This document shows positions 26,540 through 40,689 of a stretch of DNA of 64,000 nucleotides, piece by piece. Location: NCBI GenBank assembly GCA_026770705.1, contig JANJGN010000042.1, positions 6,076,001 to 6,140,000 of the forward strand, read 5' to 3'. Numbering within the stretch: position 1 is the first letter of the stretch; each line of letters opens with the position of its first letter. A model generated the notes under the pieces. It had not been told where the DNA came from. It ran no database searches and was given only the letters and a program-made list of their open reading frames with translations. Both the position numbers and the translations under genes were made by a program. The DNA comes from Isurus oxyrinchus (taxonomy: Eukaryota).

Positions 26540-27620
26540 AAGGAATCTCTTCTCTCAGAGGGTCGTCAATCTGTGGATTTTTTTTACCTCAGAGGGCTGT
26601 ACAAATTGGGTCGTTAAGTATATTCGAGGCTGAGATAGACAGATTTCCATTCAGTAAGGGAATCAAGGGCTATGGGGAAAAGGCAGGGAAGCGAATTTGA
26701 GGATTATAAAATCAGCCATGATCTCATTGAACGACGAAGCAGACTCAATGGACCGAATGGCCTTTATCTGCTGCTACTTCGTATGGAAGTGATGCAAAGT
26801 CCTATTAACCCTCGCTGTTGATTTTTCAGTCCATTGAGTCTGTGCCCACTCTCCATGGAGCAATGCAGTCAGTCCCATTTCTCCCTTTATCCACCTAACC
26901 CTCAGCATAAGTTATTTCAAGGCCGCATTGAGTTTCCTTTTGAAATCATCATTGGTCTCTGCTTCCAGCACCATTGTGGGCAGTGAGTTCAGGGCCTTGT
27001 CACTTGCTGCATTACAAAGACAAGCTGTTCCTATCATTTCCCCGACGTCTTTTGCCCAAAATCTTGAACGTGTGCCCGATAGTTCCATTCCCATCAAATA
27101 ATCTGGGAAAAGCCCTAACCTGCCTCCTCCAAACGAGCTACAATTTTTTACAATATTATCCCACCTCCGCTCAATCTTCTATGTGCAAAGAAGAACAACC
27201 CCAGTTTCCCCAAACTAACCTTGTAGCTAACATCCTGCACCCCCGCCAGCGCGCACTCTCCCCCCTCCTGATCCCCAGCCCTAAATCCCTACAATCTTCC
27301 TGCTAAACCTTCTCTGCACCCTCTCAAGGACCATGAAATCCTTGCTAAGATGTGAAGGCTAGAACTCGATGCTATACTTTAGTTGTGGCCCAACAAGACC
27401 TGTGCAATTTCCTTGTTTTTGTACACAATGTTTCTCTTTCTGAGTGTCAAGATCCCACTGCTTCGCAATTCAGTCTCTCAATAAATTCATGTTACCTGCA
27501 AAGGCCAATGTACATGCACCCTCAGGACCCTCTGCCCCTGCGCACTATTGAGAACTTCACCAAGGTATTGATATTGCCTTTCCCTACCCCTTCTGCCAAA
27601 ACACATCCCCCCACATTTCC
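26540..27620. mobile_element. CR1 fragments (+ 26540-26785; - 26810-27620)
   Basis: CR1 3' tail on the + strand. The minus strand gives NSLPTMVLEAETNDDFKRKLN. Confidence 0.65.
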
Positions 27621-27729
27621 GCTTGAAGCTTTTATCAAATGCTGGGCAGCAATAATTTCAGAATCGACAAGTTGCACACTGTTCTCAACATTAATAAACA
27701 CTGCACTAATCTATCTTTCTTTTTCTATT

Positions 27730-28025
27730 CTTTGATGCGATGTGGGCGCCGCTGGTAAGATTAACGTTTGTTACCCATCCCTAATTGCCCCTGGACTGAA
27801 AGTTTCGCTCTGCAATTTCAGAGGGCAGTTAAAAGTTAGTCCCTTTACTGTGTGTATGGCGTTACAGGGTGGCAGGCTGCTGACTTTCTAGTCACCATTA
27901 CTGATTTCTTAATTGAATTTAAAGTGCACCAGCTGCTGAGTTGCAATTTGAACCAATGTCCACAGAGCATAATCCTGAGCCTCTGGTTTATTGGTCAAGT
28001 GAGTTTACCATTACTGCAGCGCCTA
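27730..28025 (-). mobile_element. tRNA-derived SINE (21711 family)
   Basis: gatgtgggcgccgctgg..cccatccctaattgccc..gaatttaaa..atttgaaccaatg. Confidence 0.65.
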
Positions 28026-30779
28026 TTTCCCCGGCCCACCAAAGTCCATTATATTATGCCATCTCAGTGAGAAATAGGAAGGCATTCCATACTAATTATT
28101 AAAAATTCCATTCACAGATTTCCATATTTATCACATTCACAGAATAATATAATCATGGAGTTGTAAATCCTCCAAACATGCATATGCCAGTTCGCTCTCT
28201 CTCTGTCTCTAATAGCTATTCAAGAATTCCCACTTACTTCTCCTTTACCGACACCACTGCAAATATTATTATCTAATTACTTTCTAATTACATGTCCAGT
28301 TTTCATTTGAATCAATGGTGCACCTGCTTGCACTACCAGTTCAAGCCAAACCACAGCACATTATGTAACAAAAATAATTTGTTCTCCTGCTCTCTGTTTC
28401 TTTACCGTTTATTTTGAATTTGCGTTCCAAGTATGCAGACCCTCTTACAACTGAAGCGCTTAATCTTTTTCGGGCCCATCCAAAGCTCTAAACATTTTGA
28501 GCATCTTGATTATATCTCCTTGTCGCATTTTCTATAGGAAGAACAGGGAAAGATTTCCTAGTCTCCTCACAAAACTGAAGTCCATAATCGTTGTTAAATC
28601 TCAGTTTCGAGATCTTGGTATTGTTCCTAAATTGTAGTACCTGGAATGAAATGCAAAACTGCAGCGGATGCATAATCATTGATTTATTTAAAAAAGTGGA
28701 AAATCTTCTGTGGTCTATACCTTTATTAATAAAACCAAAGATCGCTTTTATCCTATAAACAAACTTCTCAACTTGTGACGGTTCTTTAAATATCCCTGCA
28801 CCACTTCTTCCTTTCCCCTCCTCAAATATTATCCCCGTCCGTTACCCCCTATTCTGTAGCATAACATTCCCCCAAAGCAGCCCCTCAGTAGAAAATAGCA
28901 ATGTTTGTATCATTAGTCGATTTTTTCATTATTAGTCACCTTCACCTTCTTGGAGATATCAGGCGTGACATTGTTCCATTGCACCTTTCGGTACTTCCTG
29001 TTTGCCGTCCATCTGTGCGAACCTGCTCCAAATTTACATGGTTCACAAGAAAGCGGTACAGAAATATGAATGTGATTTGCAGGTGCTAAAACTACTGAAC
29101 ATTGGGCGGTTTCGCCCCCAATTTACATATTTTATGTTTTTTTAATACCAGCAGAAAATCACAAATAAATACTCAGTTGTGAGTTCTGCCTTGTCTTAAA
29201 AAATGAAAGAATTGTTCGCCGATCAACTCAGCTGAAGTGAGATTAATTGATAGACAAATAACAATAGTCGTTAATATATGGGTTTACTTGTGTGTCTTTA
29301 AGCAAATATAATCATTTATGATCTAACCATTAGGTGGAAAACGTCATCAGTATGCTGAAAAATAGTGCTCAGTTCCCAGAATGCAAGGTAACTGAGCACG
29401 GATGAGCAGCCATCTGGACTGCTATCGATAAGAGATTTAAATAAAAGTCTGAGATTCTATTGTGCTCATTTATTGCAAATTCTTTGATCGATTTTCCAGT
29501 AACAAATATTTGAACATTCATTAGTCTTGGCTTCCTACTAATCCACTTTTGGACGCTCGCTGGCTCAACAGTGAACTCGCTGGTTCAGCTCTGAAATGTG
29601 TTGTGCACTATTCTCAAATATTTTTCACGAATATATTGCGGAACTGAAAGGCTTACAGTGTTATTTTTAGTTACCTCCCCCATATTTGTCAACCTGCTTT
29701 GAGAGCAGTTTCTGGCTGAGAACTTGTGTGAGGAACTGAATCAATATTCAATATTTGGCTTGCAATGCCGACGTGTCAGCCATTAGCTGAAACGTGCAAT
29801 AGTTGAGATAACTCCATCCCGGTGATAAGGATGTGGCTTAGGACAGTTTGCGATGCATGACATGGTCTTAATCTGTGTCTGTTGCAAGTCAACTGTAGTT
29901 TAATAAGTTGAAAAGTGTTCTGGAGGTTGACTGAATTGGGGAACACATTATCATCACCAGTTGACAATATGGAAGAGAGGATATAATGGTGATCACATGT
30001 AAGGAAAGAGTCAGTTCCTTGTTTTAGTTCCTTATGATACCAGAACTGGAGGTTATTAGTGACATCGGGGCGAACCCCGCCTGTGTGTTGCGGTGAACAT
30101 CAATGATATTGATTGGCTGAACTCAAGCTTGATTTATTTATTGTGATATATTTATATCTGTGCGTGTGTGTATTTCTGTGTGCATTTATAGATGTGTGCG
30201 TGTGTGTGGATTAATTAGTAGTATTTACATAAAAGAACGTACTATAGCGTCTTTCACCACCGTATGACACGTCAAAACATTTCACGGGCAATGGGAGACT
30301 TTTGTAGTCGCTGAAGTATAAGATACACGTGTATAGATAATGTTCACCCCTAAGCAGTTAATTTAAGCGATTGCATCGCCGTTCATTTGGACTTCCGTTC
30401 GTTGATTTGTATTCCTGAAACAACATGCATCAATCAAAAGTGCACTGAAATTTGGGCACTGTAAGTTTATCACCGGGATTAGTGCTAAATTGGGTTGGGT
30501 CTGTAGCCGGTTCCTTACTTGGTTCATCCGTAAATGCTGATTATTTGTGACCATGTGACCGCACATGGAAAATGAATCCTATTATAGTGACCGGATTTTA
30601 GAGAACATGAGGAACATATGCTCTGGATTGATATGCTTGTTGACGTTGGTGTTCAGATTCCAAGCACGGCACAAATGAATTTTAAATCCCAGGCAGACGT
30701 TAAATGGGCTGATGAATCGTTGTGATGCGCCTTTTTACACAACTATCAATAAAACATCCCTCCCCAAAGCGAAACCTGC

Positions 30780-32110
30780 AAGAAGTGGGCCGAATTATGG
30801 TGATAAAGTTGGGAAATTTAGACTTAGTGTCAATTTGAAAAAAAAGGAGGGTATTCGTTATGTTAGGCATGCCCCTGCCAAGTGTATCAATGTAACTGTT
30901 ACTCGGGTTAGTAATGGTGAGGCTGAGATCATTCAGGCAGACATCAAACATAAGCAAAAATGAAAGAATCATATTCTCTTGATTCAACTGCCAGAAGCCC
31001 AGAAGACTCTTGCACCATTTCCAGATTTTATTTCCACATCCCTACCAGAATACCCTTCCAGGGATTGCTAATTCTTGGTCTATACAAGTTCTATCAAAAA
31101 TCAGTCAGAAACGCACCAGTTACCAGTTTGTGCCTGCGTTCAATTGATGTGCACTCAATTTAAATTTGATCTCCGGCTTCATTTCTTGTATTAAACTCAT
31201 AGATTCACCTCATTTATAGGTCAAAGATCTGCACTTTCCTGAGGCCTTCTAATATTCTGATCCTCTGACTGTAGGAATATCCTCTGTTAACGCCACCCAG
31301 CACCATTGCCAATGCTTGGGCCTTACTGTTGTGACACAAGTACCCGAGTTGAAATCTAGTTTCAAGGCTTGACCTGAAATGTTCAAGGTGTCAGGATAAA
31401 CCAACAGACTTAGAGGGCTACCCTACCAAGGTGGCGGTATGGATTAGAAATCATTACTTTATCGAACAAGGCTCTGATCTCTATGACATTTTCAGGGATC
31501 AGTGTTTGCCTTTAGCACCAACCTGGATACAATGGCCTGGGTAACAGAGAGGAGAATCAATCGCTGTTTATCAAAAAAGGTAGGCAAATCGGAAGGATCT
31601 CTCTACCAAACTGCCAATCAACCCTCCCGATTTTCCACCTTTGGCTGGCTGAATTATGCCCCCATAATTTGAAGACATAAACTCGGCTCCTACCCCATCC
31701 ATTTCAGCTTAACTTTCATCCTCAAGGTAGCGCGTTCCACTTCATAATTTCAAGGTTAATTGCTTGCATTGTATTTAACTTGTCGTAGTCCTATCCGGAC
31801 AGACACCAAATAACTAGCCCCCAGTAACCAACTGATTGTGTGCTTAACGAAATTCCAATACATTTCTTCTGTGATCTAGGCCATCTTGCATTTCTTTCTG
31901 AATTGGGATCACTTGAATAATGTGGGCAGCTTGAGCCCCATACTTGGGCAGCCCACCTTTTTAAACACTAAACAAAACCCCTAACTAGAATTGAATACTT
32001 AACATTCTTCAGCGAAATGCTACGCCATCTTCACCTTTTATCCATACCATTAAACCTTAGGCAGGCGCCTGGCGAATAGTTGTCACCAGCAGTCAATAAA
32101 ACTTCCTCCC
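30780..32110 (+). mobile_element. Highly decayed, internally deleted L1/Tx1-like ORF2 relic
   Basis: YGDKVGKF resembles the L1 GDKxGKLL motif. HFFCDLGHL near 31860 resembles the C-terminal HxFWxC motif. Confidence 0.4.
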
Positions 32111-33006
32111 ACAATGTGTTAATCTGCTGCTACAGCCTTTGATGTGGAACGTTATGGAAAGCTTGTTTTGAAACCAAGTGTGCTTCATGACCAGGCCGTC
32201 CAACATTCATTTTTTTGTGCTATTTATTCACAAAATGTGTTTAGTTCAGAAGGTCTGCTATGACGGAGATATCTATTACTAATAACAGTAAAGTGGTGCA
32301 AAACAGAGTCGCATTTTGCGTTACCATGATCTTGAAAACGGTCATGAAAAGAGATTTTCATTTTTCAATCCCGAGATGTTTCTTCGTTTCAAGGATTCAC
32401 TCAGTATAGCATCTGCGGTGGGTAACTACATCTATTCTTGCACTGAGAGCGATTGTATGTGCAATGGTCCTCCTTAGTTATTTATTGTTTTGGGTATCTA
32501 CAGCCACTATAGAGAGCCCCATGGAAATGACAAGTTCATCATGATTGATTTAAGAGGATATGTCGTGACTTGCATAAATTTTGGTGCAGTTCATTTTGTT
32601 CTTAGGTTTTGATGAGGAGAAAGAAAGTGTTGGAAATTTTCAAAATAACACGCTTGCCAGCAATGTTAATGCCATTGTATAAAAGGCAGAGTGGCATGCT
32701 GGATCCGAAGATGGATGAGTGACAGATAACAAAGAGCAGTGATGAATTATGATTTTTTTTCTAACTGGAGGAAGGCATAAAGTAGGGTTCTCCAGCAGCA
32801 GGTACTAGGATAACTGTTTTCCTTGTTATATATTTAGGGCTTGGACTAGGGTTTGCAAGGAAACAATTTCAACATTGACGCATTGTTGAAATCGTGGATG
32901 TATTGCAAACTTGTTGGATGGATAGCCATCGATTTGAAGAGGACATGGGCACACTGGTGGAATAGGTGGACAAGTGATAGATGTAACTTTAGACAACGTT
33001 GGAGTG

Positions 33007-33501
33007 AAAAAAACAAAAATAGCTGGAAAAACTCACCAGGTCTGACAGCAGAGAGGAATATAGTTAACGTTTTGAGTCCATGTTATCTATCGGTTTATCT
33101 CTACCTTTTAACCCATTTCGATCCCTTCCCCCCAACCCACCCCCACTAGGGCCATCTTTCACTTGGTTGTCCTGCTTTCCACCCTTAATTTCACCATTAG
33201 CACATTCCTTAGATAATATCACCACCGTCAACATCCCCTCGTCCTTTTGCCTATCACATCTTTAGGAATCTCGTCTTTGTCTTCACCTATCACTGGCCCT
33301 TGGTCTAGCTCTATCAGTCCCACGCCCCTCAAGTAAATTATATTTTACCTCATTTGTATATTTCCTTAATTCTGAAGAAGGGTCAAACAGACTCGAAACG
33401 TTAACTGTGTTCCTCTCCGCAGATGCTGTCAGGCCTGATGAGTTTTTCCAGATATCTTTGCTTTTGTTTCAGTTTTGCAGCATCGGCAGTATTTTGCTTT
33501 T
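33007..33501 (+). mobile_element. 5'-truncated Penelope-type element with inverted terminal segment
   Basis: 33010-33080 is the reverse complement of 33388-33470. The 3' end is homologous to 4560-4657. Confidence 0.75.
33367..33407 (+). ncRNA. Minimal type I hammerhead ribozyme motif
   Basis: taatt-CTGAAGA-a-gggtc(aaaca)gactc-GAAAC-GTT-aactg. Core boxes are intact, stem II is 5 bp, stem III is the ACGT palindrome, and stem I has one mismatch. Confidence 0.6.
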
Positions 33502-34849
33502 AATGAAGTGATAAATTTTGGCAGGAAGAACGAGGCAAGGCAATGAATAAATAAGGGCACTTTCCTCAGGGGAATGGAGGCGCAGAGTGACCTGCAGGGT
33601 ATATTTGCAGAAACCAATTGATGCAACAGAACAAGTTGAAAACATGGTTAAAAAGTTATAGCTAATCGGGGGCTTCATAATTAGAAGCATATGATGCAAA
33701 AGCAAGCAGGTTGTCATACAAATGCTTGACATTAAATGGAATATTATGATCAGTTCTGGTGTCTACACATTTGGAAGGATCTGAAGGCATTAATTAGGGT
33801 ACAGGAGCGAATTTCAAAAACGGTTCCAGGGAAGAGGTGTTTTCGTTGCACGGGTGGTTTAGAAAAACTGTGGCTGTTCAACTTGGAGAAGAGAAGGGCC
33901 AGAGCAGATTTTATAGAAGTAATAAAAATTATGATGTGCCTGGACAGAAAACAAAGCGAGAAACTGTTCCATTGGCGGAAGAATCAAGAACGAGGGGAAA
34001 CTTATTTAAGGTGAAAAATGTCACACAAGGGAAGGGAATAAAAGTAATGTTGCTTTCACTCAGCAAGCGGATAGGCTCTGGAATGCCCTGGAGGGAGAAT
34101 CAGTCATGGCTTCAAAAGGGAATTGCATAATTATCTGAGAGAGAAACAATGCAGGGCGGAGAATTGGGTCTAGATGAGTGGCTGCTGCAGAGAACGGGCA
34201 CGGACATAGCGATCAGAATAGCTTCTTTCTGCGCTGTTCCCAGTCTCTGATTGTATGGTTGAAATTCATTCCTCTGTCGAATTCCCAGATGACCCGATTA
34301 TGAAATGAGTGCTGAAAGCCTGGCATGTGGATCACTGTTTAATATTCAGGGATTGTGCGACTAACTTTCCCAGACTTTATATTCCAAAGTTTCTTCCCAC
34401 AGAAACTTAATTATCTGCGGATTTGGCAAGAATACCGAACGTCTGATCCTTTGGAATGACTTCAGTTGTTAAAATGATTGGAATGGATTTCGGAAGAGCG
34501 TGATGGGTATATTAACATAGGTGCAAGTTGTTGATATTTTGGAGCAGTTTCAGTGATTGATGGACACACTGAAATCTTTACATGTGGGATCAAACGGCAC
34601 CTTCCCCCTCCACATCTATCCAACAATCCCTTGATTCCATAGTGTAAGATTTATATCTTTCCCAAAATTCATATCCTCAGCTTTTATTTATTCGTTCATG
34701 GAGTTTTGTTGTTGCTGGCTAGGACATTATTAATTACTCATCCATAATTGCCCTTGACAAAGTGGTGGTGTGCCGCCTTCCTGAACTGTTACAGTCCCTG
34801 TGGTATAGGTGCACCCACGGTGCTGTTAGGAAAAGCTTTCTACCCAAAT

Positions 34850-37425
34850 GAAGCCATATGTGTAGAATTTAAAAACAAAACACGAGCACATTTTGGGAAT
34901 GTACTATAGGCCCCCAATCAGTCAGAGAGAATTGGAAGAGAAGATATGTAGGAAAATATCATATAAGTGTAAAAATAATAGAGTATTAATGGTGGGGGGT
35001 TTCAATGCCCCCAACATTGTTTGGATTAATCATAGTGTTATACGTTTAGAGGGAACAGAATTTCTTAAAATGCATCCAGAAGTGCTTTTTTAAGCCTGTA
35101 CGTGGAAGGTCCAACACAACATGGGACGGTCCTGTAGCCGGGAAAGTGGTAGAGGTATCAATGGGGGAACATTTTGCATATAGTGATCAAAGCTCCATTA
35201 GATTCAAGATTGTTATGGTAAAGGACAAGGATGAGCCAGAAATCGGAGTTCTAAATTGGGGGAAGGCCGATTTTAATGAGTGCAGATATGATTTGGCCAG
35301 ATTGGACTGGGAGCAGCGACTTTAAAGTAAATCTGCCTCAGAACAGTGGGGCCCATTCAAGAAGGAAATGTAAAGAGTACAGGGCCAACATATTCCATTA
35401 AAGACAAAGGGTGAGACGAACAAATTCCGGGGACCCTGGATGTCGAGGGGTAGACAAGATTGGATAAAGAGAAAAGTGGAGGCTTACGAGAGATACTGAA
35501 GGCTCAAAACACCGGAATCCCTAGAGGAGTATAGAATGTGTAGGAGGAAGTTAAAAAGGAAATTAGGAGAGAAAAAAGGGGGCATCAAAAAACAGGTAAA
35601 ATATAGGGAAATGCAAAGTTATTTTACATGCATCTTAGGAGCAAGAGGATAAGTAGGGAAAGAGTAGGCTCCATTAAGGACCACGGTGGTAATTTGTGGG
35701 TGGAGCTGAAAGACGTAGGTATGTTCAAAATGAATACTTTGTGTCAGTGTTCACTGGTGAAAGGGACAACGTGGGTAAGGAAATCAGACAGAAGTACTGT
35801 AATATAATTAAGTAAATTAGCATAGAAAGAATGGAGTTCCTAAGTGGCCTGGCAGGCACAAAAGTAGATAAACTTCCAAGTCTGAATGAAATATGTCGCA
35901 GGCTGTTGACTGAGACATGGGAGGAGATTGCAGGGCCGCTGGCAATAACTTTCAGTACCTCTCTTTCCATCGCAGAGTTGCCAGAGGACAGGCAGCAGCC
36001 AACGTGGTGTCATTTTTCAAGAAGGGAGGAAAGAATAAACCAGGGAACTGCAGACCAGTCAGCCTCACCTCAGTGGTGGGGAAGCTATTGGAAGTAATTC
36101 TGAGAGACAAAATTAATCTACACTTGGAGAGGAAGTGTTTAGTCAAGGACAGTCAGCATGGCTTTGTTAGGAGGAGATCATGTCTGACCAATTTGATTGA
36201 ATTTTTCGAAACAGTGACTACTCATGTAGATGAGGACAATGCATTTGTGGTAGCCTACTTGGACTTCAGCAAGGCGTTTGGTAAGGCCCCGCATGGAAGA
36301 CTGATACCAAAGGTAAGAGCTCATGGGATCCAAGGCAATTTGGAAAATTGGATCCAGAATTGGCTGTGTGGAGGAAGCAGAGTGTGATGGCCGAGGTTTG
36401 CTTTTGTGACTGGATGTCTGTGTCCAGTGAGTTTCCACAGAGATCAGTGTTGCATCCTTCGCTATAAATGATTTAGACTTGAACATAGGAGGGTTGATTA
36501 GTAAATTCATAAATGACATTAAAATTGGTGGCATGGTAAATTGTGAGGGGGATAGCCTTAGATTACACGAGTTCATAGACGGTTGGTCAGATGGGCTGAT
36601 CAGTGGTAAATGGAATTTTATTCAGATAATTGTGAGATGATGAACTGGGGCAAGACAAAAAATGTACGGGAATACGTATTAAATGATAGGACCCTGGGAA
36701 ATATTGAGGGTCAGAGGTATCTCGGTGTACATGTCCACCGGTCCCTTAAGGTAGCAGGGCAGGTAGATAAGGTGGTTAAGAAGGTTTATAGGATACTTGC
36801 CTTTATTAGCCGAGGCATTGAGTATAAGTCAGGCATTTTATGCTGGAACTGAATAAAGCGCTAATTAGGCCCCAGCTAGAGTATTGTGTACAGTTCTGAA
36901 ATCCATATTATAGGAAGGATGAGATTGCACTAGAGAGAGTGCAGAAGAGATTTACCAGATGTTGCCTGGGCTGGGGAGTTTTAGTTAAGAGGAGAGATTG
37001 GATAGACTGGGGTTACTTTCCTTAGCACCGAGGAGATTGAGGGGGGATAGGATTGAGGTGTATAAAATTATGAGGAGTATAGATAGGGTAGACAGGAATG
37101 AACCTTTCTCCTCGGTGGAGAGATCAATAACTAGTGGCAATAGATTTAATGTAAGGGGCAGGACATTAAGGGGCGATGTGTGGAAGAATTCTTTAACCCC
37201 GAGGGTTGTGAAAATCTGCAACCCACTGCCTGAAAGGGTGGTAGATGCAGAACACCTCATAACATTTAAGAAGCATTTGGATATGCACTTGCGATGCCAT
37301 GGCATACAAGGCTATGGGTCTAGTGCTGGAAAATGGGATTAGAATTGTAAGGTACTTGTTTGACCGGCGCAGACTCGAAGGGCCGAAGGGCCTTTTTTAT
37401 GGTGTAGGCCTCCATGATCCTGTGA
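34850..37425 (+). mobile_element. CR1 LINE ORF2 (endonuclease part to 3' tail), frameshifted
   Basis: YYRPP..VGGFNAP; GNCRPVSLTSVVGKLLE..SQHGFVRRRSCLTNL..YLDFSKAF; LGLLSLAPRRLRGD. Confidence 0.92.
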
Positions 37426-40400
37426 CTGTACAATTTTCACCTAGCGACAGTGAAGGATCGGGGATATAGTTCCAGGTCAGGATCTTTATTCTCTTGGTAG
37501 AAAAATCTGAAAGTGATGATCCCTCTAAATAACGATTTTTGTTTTTTAATCATCACGGTTGCAAATGACTGGCCACTTAACAGAGGGAATGAACCCCAAT
37601 TCTAGACCCTCCGAACAGAGGAAACACCTTAGCATTTAGCCTATAAATCTCCCTAAGAGGTTTATTTTTGCCTTACAATGCATTTGTCTCTCATTCCCAA
37701 AACTTCAGAAAGTATAGGCTAAATTTATCGTTATATGAAATTCCTCTCACAACTGAAACAAACTAGCGAGCATTAAATTTACTCCCACTAGGAGAAGTAC
37801 ATCTTTCCATAAGGCCGGGGACACAAACAGCACACGCTGCTCCAGACCTGGCCTCACCAATTTCCTTGATTAATTCCATCCACGATGGAAATATAGCGAC
37901 AGGCATTGGACGCGTTCAGCAACTTAAAATTCAGAGTGAAGACTGCGGAGTGAATGGACATCGGTTTGTAAATTGGTTCACTTTATGACTTCCGCCCCCA
38001 TCCGGGATCACTTCCAGCCATCAAGAGATACTGGCCAATCCAGTGGCTGGCAACTTTCCAATGCCAGCTGCAGAAACTGGAGGGGTGGTGAATACTCCGA
38101 CTGCAGCCAATGCCCAATGGAGTGCAGAGCTGGAGCCGGATAAGAGTCCGGATGGGGACAGGTGGGGGCGGAGGTGGGAGCAGCAGTGTTGCGGGTGGGT
38201 AAATTGGGCTTCTGTGAGTGTTTGTTGTGAATCGTGATCGGAAGGAAAGGGAGATTTCGAATTTAATTCCCTTATTTAAAATGGCTGGAAGAGTTAACGC
38301 AAGAAACTGTAGGCCTTTGAATTTATATATAGATAGATATATGTATCAGAGATTATTGGAAATGTTGAGAACGCAATTTCCATGCTGCACTTAAACTTAC
38401 ATCGAAGCTTCCACATATCAGACATAATGTAGTCCACAGTTTATTCTAGTCGCAAGTAAAATGGTAAGAATGCTATTAAGCAATATTCATTATTGTTGTA
38501 CCTGCCCACCTACTTTTAATAAGTCGGTTAGCTGTCCAGTATATTTGCTCATCTACATTTAATTATCTCTGTTGAAGTCTAATATGCCCGAGAATTTACC
38601 ATAAGCTCTGAATTATTAAGAAGGAGATTGAAAAGCAAATTTGGAGCCATATTACAGAAAGAACATGTGATTACATAGTAGTGACAAACGGGGCTTCAAT
38701 TATCTTAATACATACGGACATAGCGGCAATGTGAAGTGCAAAAAGGGAGAGGAATTCCTGAAATATGTTTAATTTGTGTGTTGTCAACTCAAGACGAAAT
38801 GCAGCAAATTTATAAGGATGCACCCATTTGGCATAGTTTGTGTCTTGGATGGGAGGTAGGAGGCAGAGTTTAGAGATTAAACGATATGTATTCAGATTGA
38901 CAGGAGTTATGGGTTGCTGCCGTGATCATTATGAATGCTATACAGTGCTGGTACTCCGAATGAATGTTTGGTATATTGTTCGGCTTCCTTGTCCAGGATG
39001 GCGCCGAGCTTCGTTATGATTGTTGGAAGTGCACTGATCCAGTCGAGAAGAGATATTCCATCACATTTCTTACTCGTAACTCGATGATGTTTTACAGGGT
39101 TTTGGGAGGTTCGGGGTGAGGGGAAGTGGTCAAGAGATGAGTTACTCGCCTCAGAAATCCCAGTCACTGATCTGCTTCATTTTGTAGTTACTTTATTTAC
39201 ATAGTTGTTCCAATTTAGCTTCAGATGAATGGTGATCCCCAAATAATATAGCCGACGCGGTTATGATGATATTATGCTTACTGTTTCTGAAATATTTTCC
39301 CAATGAACCACGCTCCGCTAGCAACATTTCATTTCCTAGAACTAGATCCATTGCTGTCCTTGGTTCTTGAGATGGAAAGACATGATTTGTACGTATTTCA
39401 TGAATTCTGCTCCAAATTTGCAGTTTATATTGCCACTATCTCAGGCGCTTGGATAATGTTACAAACTGGCAGAAGTTAGCTAATGTAGAGGAACGAAAAC
39501 ATGACAGCCAAGCTTACGATTAATTAAAACGTGTAGGCAGGTCGAAAAAAAACAATGTCAGTTGATTAATAGTATGTTTACTGTTTCACATTTGGCTGGA
39601 CTATAAAGGGGAGCGTGTTATGAATCAGTTGCACTAACCCTTATAAGTTGAAGTGCATCGGTTTCGAATTGCCATAGTAAGCTTTTTTTTTAAAAAGCAT
39701 TTTTTTAAAAATAGATAATTCCATATTGCGTATTAAAATCTACGTGCATCTGCAAACTTTGCCCCCACCACGCTCTGTGGTTGAGCTATATAATGTCCAG
39801 GGCGGTCAGTCTTACTATGTTGAAGACAGTGTCTCACTTGCCGCTCATTAGAAGGGAAATTCTACAGGAGATATGTAGTAAATCATTCAATAATATAGGC
39901 GTGGGCAGAAACGGTGTGCACAAGCCTGTACATGTGAATGAATTAGGCTTCAAAGCATAACGTATGTGCGGAACGCTGGGGAGCAATAACACCCACATAT
40001 ATCAAGAACACTGACTCTCAATAGCTTACCGATGAATACTATTGTGTTGGAAGCACGCATTATCCTGTGCATCTAAATGTATAATAAATTTAACACTCTC
40101 GAGTTCATGGGACATTTATAGATATCTGGATATGTGAGCTTTTTAGAATTCTATTTCTGGTTTTCAATTCCCTTCGTGACCTCACCCCTTATTATCTTTA
40201 TAGTTTTCTTCAGGCCTAATATCCGTCGAGATAAGTGAACGCCACCAAATCCGGCCTGTTGTATACCCTCAATTTTAATCACTCCATAATTGTGCCTTCC
40301 ACGGGCAAGGCCCTGGGCGCTGTAATTCCACCCCGACACATCTCCACATTCCTACAACTCTTTCCCTCCTTACGACGATTCTTAATAGCGCACTGACCAA

Positions 40401-40438
40401 GCATATTTTTTTACATCTGTCCAAATATCTCCTCCTAT

Positions 40439-40662
40439 GAAAGCAAAATACTGCGAATGCTGGAAATCTGAAAAAAAAAAACAGTGAATACTGGAAAACC
40501 TCAACAGGTCTGGCTGCATTTGTGGAGAGCCAAACTGAATTAACGTTTCGAGTCCGTATGACTCCGAAGAAGGGTCCTACGGACTCAAAGTGTTAATTCG
40601 GTTTCTTCCTCCGTAGCTGCTGCCAGACCTGCTGAGTTCTTTTTCAACATTTTCAGTTTTTC
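40439..40662. mobile_element. Head-to-head inverted pair of Penelope-type termini
   Basis: 40480-40564 is approximately the reverse complement of 40572-40660. Both arms are homologous to 33380-33501. Confidence 0.75.
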
Positions 40663-40689
40663 TCCCGTTATGCGGATTGTTTAGGCTCC

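Larger units (their letters stand above)
32500..34255 (+). mobile_element. Decayed CR1 LINE RT/3' end, interrupted at 33007-33501
   Basis: MEYYDQFWCLHIWKDLKALIRVQERISK..LFNLEKRRARADFIEVIKIM. Confidence 0.8.
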
